A stretch of 46,839 nt of DNA. Source: Guillardia theta CCMP2712. Its lineage: Eukaryota > Protista > Cryptophyta. The stretch covers positions 85,157 through 131,995 of the forward strand of contig NW_005434515.1 in the NCBI RefSeq assembly GCF_000315625.1, written 5' to 3'. The notes under the pieces were generated by a model. The model ran no database searches and was not told where the DNA came from. It saw nothing but the letters and a program-made list of their open reading frames with translations. Shown piece after piece: positions 37,801 to 45,695 of the stretch (position 1 is the stretch's first letter; each line of letters begins with the position of its first letter). The position numbers and the translations under genes are program-made.

Positions 37801-38601
37801 AGACCAGGTAAACGAAGAATCATTTCTGTGCAGTCCATGATCTTCTCAAAGGTAGCTGGAAAGATTGTTGCGGTGAAGAGAGGTCCAAAACCTTTTGCTC
37901 CGCCTTGCAATTACAGCAGAAAACTTCACTTCTGTCAAAAAGCGGGAGCGATTGGCCTTATTGTCTTGGATTGGGATCCTTCAAACAAGTTCACGATGAT
38001 TCCTAAACTTGAAGCAGGATTTCAGAATGATGACAGCTGCATTCCTTTGCAGATCGAGATCCCCTGCTGTATGGTGCTAAATCAAGCTGAACCATTGTTG
38101 CAAGAAGGAACCATGATCAAGATTTCATTCGCACCTGCAGATTATCAGTATCAACCCAAAGGGTGGAGAGTTGGCTTTGTTCATTGTCCGAAACAGGAAT
38201 CTGGCAGTGGATTACCAACAAAACAGGCTGAAGAGTTGATGAACGAATTTCTAATAGCCAGGAAAGAGGAAAGGTCTTCTGAGATGAGGATGATTGAGAA
38301 GAAAACAAAGAATCAGAACAATTTCGAGCAAGAATTAGGAGGAAAGGAGTGGATGGACGGAAATGTGTTCTCAAGCTTGATTCCTGTCACAGAAGATGAA
38401 ATGGATGGTACTCATTCAACGAGATACGAAATCACTAAGGAGATCATGTCAAAAATCACCTCTCCACAAAAAGCTGCACAAATAGCTTCCGACACTGATG
38501 AATATCTAAAGCGAATCGAGGCACAATTCCGAGGCTCCTACTCAAAATTGAATTCAAAAAATGTTCATGAGGTTCAGACTAATGCATCGATCGAAATGTG
38601 A
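34843..38601 (+). CDS. Protein with two tandem [MORN-like repeats + PA (protease-associated) domain] modules, multi-exon
   Basis: Module 1: YHGNFKNGKMYG, FTGTFKDGNPHGVG, LVLARPPFADVPLWNADEVRGKIVAIMRG...KLHHAQLAGAVAVVFVDN. Module 2: FSGQLQNGLPHG, IHGFFVGGELTGQGKY, LVWARPQFADMPLWNADQVAGKIVAVKRG...KLHFCQKAGAIGLIVLD. Confidence 0.8.
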
Positions 38602-41600
38602 AGCATTGACTTTGAAAGCAGGACACAGGAAACTCTCCAAAAGCGGACGATGGAATCTCGCCAAATCACCAGCCGGATGTTCAAATCATGGATGGGATAG
38701 GAGCTCAAGCGGAGATGGGTCACGGACTTAGATCGATTGTTGAGATAGAGCAGCCATCTCCTCAAGAAAACTCTTGCAAGCGCGATGTCGGTGTACAGTG
38801 TGAAGCACAACAGAACAATTTCTGGGATAGTATCTTGTTTCAAAGCATATGGTAAGATTCGACCTTGCTTTCAATATTCGCCGTAATGTTACGTCCAGGT
38901 CACCTGCAAAACGAGGATAATGCCAAGTCCCGTACGTTGAGGAATAGAATAAATTTCTTGAAATTCCATACTGACCAAACTAAAGTAAATATATCCCAAA
39001 GCACAAGCCAAAACATTGAAAAGCATCGGAAGGGACTGGGGAAGGTTTTTAGGGAGGGTGTAAATTCCTTCAGGACAGTAGTAGAATTTTTCCTTGAGGT
39101 CCTTCGAAGGTCGCCCTTGTCACACCTGAGGTCCAGCTGCATGGTCATCGCCAGCACAGTGAAAAGTTTCTTCACCTTCTTCCGGTCACAACTTGAAATA
39201 TCCGAGGTCGAGTAGAACAGCTTTAAACAGATTAGAACAAATCAGAACAGATCATTCGAGGTAAGAGAAGTGTGTCACTGAAAACAGAGATCTCGAGAGA
39301 GTTCCGAAACAAGTCTCGCTGCTTAAAGAGAAGAAGAGAGTTCCGAGTGCGGCCCAGGCAACAGGAATGAGTGCGGAGGCTAAGGCAACAGGAATGAGTG
39401 CGGAGGCTAAGGCAACAATACCTCTCTTGAGAGACCTTCAACTTCTTGTGCAACTCGAAACACTTGTCAAGCTCGGAATCCTCGACGCCAGTGCCGTCAG
39501 CAGGGACAGACACACAATGATCACATACATCTGTCCGTCATGAATTCTCTGCACCAACTGAGTGATTGAGTTCTCACAAACATGCATGAGTCAATTCTTT
39601 GTCTTCGTTACTTCTCAGCAAACGGGTTTTTAATTAAAAGCGCATCCAAAATTCCCTCTATCCCAGGGATAATAAGCGATGACCTTTTTTTTTCAGCTAG
39701 AGAGTTTTGATGCCCAAGTAGTAAAAACGATCGGACAGGATCGGATGGTTAACAGTGCAGTGGTGGAGTTACAAAGAGAGGACGGGATGAGGACGAGATT
39801 AAGATAGGAGGAGAAAGAGAAGCAATGAAGCTTGTAGCGAGGGCGATAAAGAAAATGACCATCACTTCGTTTTATTGTCTCAAAGTCGAATGTTTCAGTT
39901 AAAATCGATGGAGCTTGTCGCATTGTGGTGAGAGGGCTCCTTACATTGAATCAATGGAGGCTTCCGTCAACACCTCATACGTTGACACCATTACGATGGC
40001 ACAACTAAAATCAATCAAGGTGATAAAATTGATACTGCTTTCCCGGAATGCTTACAACCCATCAGGACAAAGAGCTTCTGGGAAACAAGGTGGATGACCT
40101 GCACAAAGAATTTGCTTTGTTTCGAACCGAAGTCAGGTGCATTTAGGAGAGGCTTGAGCGGAACTGTTGTAATTCGCTCTCGGTGTCAGGGACAAGCTCT
40201 TCAACAAGCAGAGAGAATCACATACTACAACGTTTCACATATCAGGTTTCGGGGTTGATCGCAAGAAGAGGTTTTTCTTTCGGAAATTCTTCGACGATCT
40301 GATGAGCTGGTCATCTCTTAGGATCGATTCGTGCAACGTCAAACTCACTCCAGGAGCTGAGGCTAACGAATGTGCTGCTTCCTCAAGACGAAAAATGGTT
40401 CCGCGACTCACGCTTCCTGCGATTACAGAACATGCTGTCGACGTGTCCTGGTTTTCAAACACGTAATGTTGAATCTATGCTCACAACCATATGCAGGTCA
40501 ACGCTTGTCCAAGGACGATCGCTCTCACACCGATCTACGTGAACCATGATATGTTTCTATCGTGAGTTAAAAGCAGTGCAGAACAATCCAGCGAAGAGAT
40601 GTCGGTGAGAAAGATCCGTTGAAACCACGAGGGTCGCAATCCGAAAGGAATGTGTACATCTCGATGGTACGTGTAGAGTTTGGTTTTGTTCGCCTGAACT
40701 ACGACAGAACCATCAAGGTGGAATCAGGGGCCCTCCCTTCTCAAACTCTGAGACTCACAGGAGCTCGAGAAATCTTGTCGGCAAAGAATGGGATGTGTCT
40801 ATGATTCACCTTGGAATATTTGAAAATGAACACAAGATTGACTTACAGCGTAATGAAAAAATCAGCCAGCAAGACGTTGGAGCGTTATCATCCAACCTGG
40901 CAAGCGAAATTGAACTCTAAGTGTCATAGCGTTAAGTTACTCTCAGGTTGACCAGAAACCGGATGAAGAGAACGAGAAACATATATTTGTCGATCACTTC
41001 AGACAGCCGGTCATACCCTTCACTCTTGGTAACTTTCGACAGTCATCTTACTTTGAAGTGTAGGAAATTTTCGTTTCAGTTCGATCGAATACTCAATTTT
41101 CGCCTCCTGAAATGAATTCAGAAAGGTTTAGTCCTGTACAAGGCAATCAGCCTGATCGTTGTACTCATAGCATTCGCGGGGCAATGGAAGCTGATGACTT
41201 GTTCTTGCAGTATCTGAGCCTTATCATGAATCGGTCGAGACATCAAACAAGCAGCTTTCAGCAATGGAAGTGATTGATAGTGATAATTAAGTGACCTTGT
41301 CAAAGTTTCTAACTCGACTTGTAGGATTTTTTAGTTCACAGAATTCTGCGGCAATGTCAAGAGAGCCATGGCCTGAGCTCATTGGTGGCGGGAAGTCCCC
41401 CGGTGCACTATCAAAGCAGAAAATACGTTTTCCCAAGACCGCAGTCATGCACAAGACGTCGAGTGTGCAGGGAAATGCATCTTCAAAGTCAGAAAGCAGC
41501 GGGTGTGTCATGTGCTGCCTTGACATGTGCATTTGAGTTACTTGCAGGGTTGACAAGATCCGTGAAGAAAGGCTTCAAAAGGCTCCGCTCACGATAAGCA

Positions 41601-41782
41601 AGGACAGGCTTGCAGATCAATTGAAGTAGACAATGCCACAGTGTGAAAGGGAATGATAATGTGACATGTATGCAGAATCTCTCAATTTGAGGGCCTCATG
41701 AGGCAACGTTCGCATATCCCTCCGCGTTATCAGAGCAAAATCGATCGAGAGCTGGTGCGTTCATGACATTATTGTTGCCCAT
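38600..41782 (-). CDS. Hypothetical multi-exon gene or genes, product not recognised, boundaries approximate
   Basis: Minus-strand open segments (41287-41556, 40235-40462, 39232-39513, 38900-39175) with splice-like boundaries. Candidate start MGNNNV at 41782. Confidence 0.3.
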
Positions 41783-42026
41783 AGCACCTTTTCAACTTTT
41801 CCATGCAGGTCAGCCCGTTTGAAGATTTACTTGAACAGCGTTTATTGGAAATTGAGTCCTTTCTTCGAGTGTAATACCTAGGTTGAAGGTGGTCATAGAA
41901 TTTTCTTTAGTAAGTTGTATAATCTGTATCGGAGGAGGAGGGATTCAGGGTTGAGAACATGAAAGCATTGTACGAGTGTGTCTACCCCTTAGCAGACTCA
42001 CACGATCACTCGTTCATGTACCTGTA

Positions 42027-42391
42027 CAAAAGCAAGGCCGCCGGACTCAAAAGCAAGGCCGCCGGACTCAAAAGCAAGGCCGCCGGAGGCTCAAAAGCAA
42101 GGCCGCCGGAGGCTCAAAAGCAAGGCCGCCGGAGGCTCAAAAGCAAGGCCGCCGGACTCAGAAGCAAGGCCGCCAAAGGCTCAAAAGCAAGGCCGCCAAA
42201 GGCTCAAAAACAAGGCCGCCGGAGCTCAAAAGCAAGGCCGCCGGACTCTGGCAAAAGCAAGGCCGCCGGACTCAGAAGCAAGGCCGCCGGAGGCTCAAAA
42301 GCAAGGCCGCCGGAGGCTCAAAAGCAAGGCCGCCGGAGGCTCAAAAGCAAGGCCGCCGGAGCTCAAAAGCAAGGCCGCCGGACTCAAAAGC
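42027..42391. repeat. Minisatellite of ~16 variant 21-25-bp units, CAAAAGCAAGGCCGCCGGA(G/GG)CT
   Basis: Directly visible tandem array. Confidence 0.95.
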
Positions 42392-42705
42392 ATGCAGTCC
42401 CCCCCCGCAGTTTGAGGGGATCCTTGCGAGCTAGGGTGCTGAACAGGATATTTTTCTGTGCAGAAACGGTTGTTTGATCATGTGGTATCTATCCAAAGAG
42501 GAGAGGAAACAGATTGCTCGTGTCCGAGTTTCCCACTCAGTCCTATACAAGGACACGTCAACTCCAGCACTTTCGTTAGGAGAGCTGCATAGCGCCATGG
42601 CTGCAGGCTTCATTCCGAAGGAAGGAGACGGTGACTGATGTCGTCTGCTCGTGCTATCTCAGGTCTGTAAGGTGCTTTCCGCATGATGGCCTTGTCGACT
42701 CCATC

Positions 42706-42724
42706 TAGGGTTTAGGGTTTAGGG
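42706..42724 (+). repeat. Internal telomeric repeat tract (TTTAGGG) x ~2.7
   Basis: tagggtttagggtttaggg. Confidence 0.85.
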
Positions 42725-43956
42725 GCCGGCCTTAGTAAGAGCAGGGAAAAGCAGATTGCAATCTCTTGCAGCCGCAGAGGTACAACCGCTTGCTGGCATG
42801 CTCGTGCAGGCCGGGTCCTGGGCAGAGAGGTCGCAAGGGGCCGAGCCCGAAGACGTATGTCGCTGAAAGATTGCCAAGCAAAGGAGGGCACTTCGCGAGA
42901 CAGATCATGCGGGGCGCAGCAGCTTCAGAGTGCAGATCAAGTCGAGGTCAAGCATGAGCACAGGCCGCTTCTCGAGGAAGGAGATGGAAGCGCTGTGCGG
43001 AGGAGGTAACACATCGATCACGAGAGTCAAGCGAGCCATGTTGGAGTTAGCAAGAAGGATAGGCGTGACGCCGGTCAGCGTCGAGGTCGAGGAAGATCGA
43101 GACACGCTCAGCTGGGACGGAAGCTCGATAGCTCTCTCCCTGGCGACCAAGGCAGAGGCTCGACGCCTGATGGACGACATGCCCTTCTACTTGGAAGGGA
43201 TCCTGGAAGTCAAGCTGGAGGCAGTGGGGTTCAAGCTCAACCCTCAGCATGAGGAAGAGAGGAGCCCGAGCAGCGAGGAGCAAGCCCAAGAGCCCCAAGG
43301 GCAGCAGCAAGGCGCTGGATGGCTGGAGCTCAGCGACATCGACAGGATCACCATGGAAGCAGCGTCACCGTCAGGGCCAGTCGATCAACAGGTCTTGCTC
43401 GACCTCTCGACGATGCTCTTGGAGACATCAGAGGAGGAGCTGCTAGCTGGCAAGCCGATCTCCCTGGAGCTAGACAAGAGTGTTGGCAAGCTGCATGAAA
43501 CCTTCTGCTCGCCGGGCAACGTGGAGTTCATGACGCTCGGAGCTTGGGCAGCCACGCCGACGCTGGGAACGAAGCGAAACATGTTGAAAGAAAAGCTCAG
43601 AGCGTACCTCGGCGAGCAGCGCTGCCAGGACACGGGTGCAAGGGGACAAGGCAGCGAGGAGGGGCAGCGCCTTCTCTCCAAGGGCAGCAGCGACTGATGC
43701 GCTCGAGCAGGAGGCTGAGAGCGATGACATCGAGAGTCGATCTGTAAGCCTCTTGTTTCTTGCGATCAGTAAATTTGCTGAGCACCATGGGTTGAGCTGC
43801 ACGGGCAAGGTCGACAAGCAAGACCGACTGCGGCTGATGATGAGGGAGGAAGTCGACATGGAGGCTGAGGAGGGCGAGGGCGTGGAGGAGGAGGCCGGTG
43901 CAGGCCTCTCGCTTGCTTGAAGCTCGAGTCAAGTCTTAGAGGTGGACAAGAGGCGG
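42725..43956 (+). pseudogene. Decayed ORF1-like retroelement segment bracketed by telomeric tracts (frameshifted)
   Basis: Overlapping frames 42766-42957, 42930-43697 and 43636-43920. The last is similar to the ORF upstream of the Ulp1 ORF (SAFSP/SAFAP; LLFLAISKFAE/LLFIALNKFLE). Confidence 0.55.
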
Positions 43957-43980
43957 AGGGTTTAGGGTTTAGGGTTTAGG
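43957..43980 (+). repeat. Internal telomeric repeat tract (TTTAGGG) x ~3.4
   Basis: agggtttagggtttagggtttagg. Confidence 0.9.
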
Positions 43981-44288
43981 AGCGCCGGTTATTTCAGGCA
44001 GCGCCGGTTATTTCAGGCAGCGCCGGTTATTTCAGGCAGCGCCGGTTATTTCAGGCAGCGCCGGTTATTTCAGGCAGCGCCGGTTATTTCAGGCAGCGCC
44101 GGTTATTTCAGGCAGCGCCGGTTATTTCAGGCAGCGCCGGTTATTTCAGGCAGCGCCGGTTATTTCAGGCAGCGCCGGTTATTTCAGGCAGCGCCGGTTA
44201 TTTCAGGCAGCGCCGGTTATTTCAGGCAGCGCCGGTTATTTCAGGCAGCGCCGGTTATTTCAGGCAGCGCCGGTTATTTCAGGCAGCG
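43981..44288. repeat. 16 perfect copies of the 19-mer AGCGCCGGTTATTTCAGGC plus AGCG
   Basis: 304 bp / 19 = 16 units. The array starts at the base after the telomeric tract. Confidence 0.97.
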
Positions 44289-44695
44289 TCTCCTTGAGGT
44301 CCACAGCATGTGTTGCACTTCGAGCAGCTGGATGACTATCTTGGTCATGGCTCTGTCAATCATATCCTCGTCCATGAGCAAGTTCCGGAAATTTGTGGTC
44401 CATTCCCGCTCCATAATACTGCCTCTCACTCCTGCAATGAACGTGGCTTGTATGACCTCTGTGTTGTCGCTCCTGCTTGTCATCTCTGCCCGCAGTGCTG
44501 CATATTTCTGTTCTTTCTCCTGAAACTTTGCTTTCAGGTTTGCCAGACTGCTTCCCTCGCCCGTGAGCTCTGAAGTTCTCGCTATCTCCACCAGCACAAT
44601 GCGATTGCTCCCTCTGAAGTAGCAGAGCCCATCTGGTATGAGATCCAGTCATCGCTTCTTGTAGAAGCTCACGTCGTGCCTGAGGAGACACGACT
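43981..44695 (-). mobile_element. 3' fragment of a non-LTR retrotransposon: C-terminal restriction-like endonuclease (PD-(D/E)xK-type) plus reiterated tail
   Basis: The minus frame reads LDLIPDGLCYFRGSNRIVLVEIARTSE...KFQEKEQKYAAL...VIQATFIAGVRGSIMEREWTTNF...LLEVQHMLWTSRRRCLK*. This gives the PD, E, KxxKY and GxRG motifs of RLE domains. The stop (44274-44276) lies in the first 19-mer. Confidence 0.75.
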
Positions 44696-45286
44696 AACAG
44701 AGAACAAGCATGAAGGATATAAGATGGTTGGAAGATGACTGGGTAAAGATCAACGAGGAAGGATCAAAAGGGAAGCCTCAAAAAGCAAGCAACCAGGATC
44801 AGCATGGCAGGGAAGGGGCAAGGACACAGAAGACAGATGGAAGACGAAAGGGCAACGGTCAACGAGGACAGACCGAAGGGGAAGCCTCACAGGCGAAAAA
44901 ACAACCAACATGGCAAGGAAGGGGCTAGGACACAGGAGACAGATGGATGACGACAGGGGAAAGGGCAACGAGGACAGACCGATGGGGAAGCTTCACAAGC
45001 GGCAGGCAGGGAAGGGACATGGCCTTAGCGCAAAAAATAGAAAGGTGGACGGTTACACTGAAACCGTCAACCCGGGCCCGGAGGAGATACGGCACCGGCG
45101 GCTCGGAACGGAGGACTATGGAAACAACAGAAACAGCGGAACAGCGATAGAACTCTGGATGCCACAACGGGCCATCCAAGAAGGGCCGCTCTGCCAAGCG
45201 TGAGAACCCATTTAGACTAGACTAGACCGGGAAGGTACCCGATGCGACTATTCTAGCATTCTAATAAAATCGACTACTACTACTAC
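44696..45286 (+). mobile_element. Purine-rich, probably element-derived fragment ending in AATAAA and an (ACT)n tail
   Basis: A broken R/G/Q/E-rich frame (44710-45150) is followed by ctaataaaatcg actactactactact running into the telomeric tract. Confidence 0.4.
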
Positions 45287-45391
45287 TAGGGTTTAGGGTT
45301 TAGGGTTTAGGGTTTAGGGTTTAGGGTTTAGGGTTTAGGGTTTAGGGTTTAGGGTTTAGGGTTTAGGGTTTAGGGTTTAGGGTTTAGGGTT
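45287..45391 (+). repeat. Internal telomeric tract (TAGGGTT) x 15
   Basis: 105 bp of perfect heptamer, with non-telomeric DNA on both sides. Confidence 0.98.
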
Positions 45392-45401
45392 CTAAGCGCA
45401 G

Positions 45402-45695
45402 TGGAAGGTAGCTAAGCGCAAGTGGAAGGTAGCTAAGCGCAAGAACAGCGCTTTCGCACCAAATGAAGAGAAGCCATTGAAAACTGATCTCCTCTTCATT
45501 GCTTTGAATAAATTCCTGGAGGCAACGGCGCTCTCCCTCGTAGGAATGCTGGGAGATAGAAACGAATTGAAATTTGTTTTGAGCAGTGAGCTACAGATGA
45601 AAGACGCTCGAATGGAAGATGTACCCGCGGCTGGGAGCATGGCGGCAGAATCGGAAGAGATGTCGCTTGACTCCTTCCCAGCAGCGCAAGCCTAA
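45402..45695 (+). CDS. C-terminal remnant of an ORF1-like protein of a 5'-truncated element
   Basis: Open frame WKVAKRKWKVAKRKNSAFAPNEEKPLKTDLLFIALNKFLE...FPAAQA*. Its TAA overlaps the next ATG (TAATG). Similar to 43636-43920. Confidence 0.55.
   Translation, partial: WKVAKRKWKVAKRKNSAFAPNEEKPLKTDLLFIALNKFLEATALSLVGMLGDRNELKFVLSSELQMKDARMEDVPAAGSMAAESEEMSLDSFPAAQA

Noticed and set aside
39357-39416. 27-bp tandem duplication
   Set aside because: Only two copies, probably intronic slippage, with no further structure.
41959-42477. Repetitive K/A/G-rich proteins in ORFs 41959..42477 and 41976..42434
   Set aside because: These are translations of a minisatellite whose unit lengths are mostly not multiples of three. 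They are open in several frames only because the unit has no stop codon.
43981-44288. CRISPR array
   Set aside because: The repeats are head-to-tail with no spacers, there are no cas genes, and the context is eukaryotic.
44649-44651. Recoded TGA (Trp or Sec) in the RLE frame, or an alternative genetic code
   Set aside because: Host genes here use TGA as a normal stop (for example at 2247, 11396 and 21141). A single stop in a truncated element is better explained by decay or a junction.
45287-45391. The true chromosome terminus
   Set aside because: The tract is only 105 bp and is followed by more than 1.4 kb of non-telomeric sequence, so it is internal.
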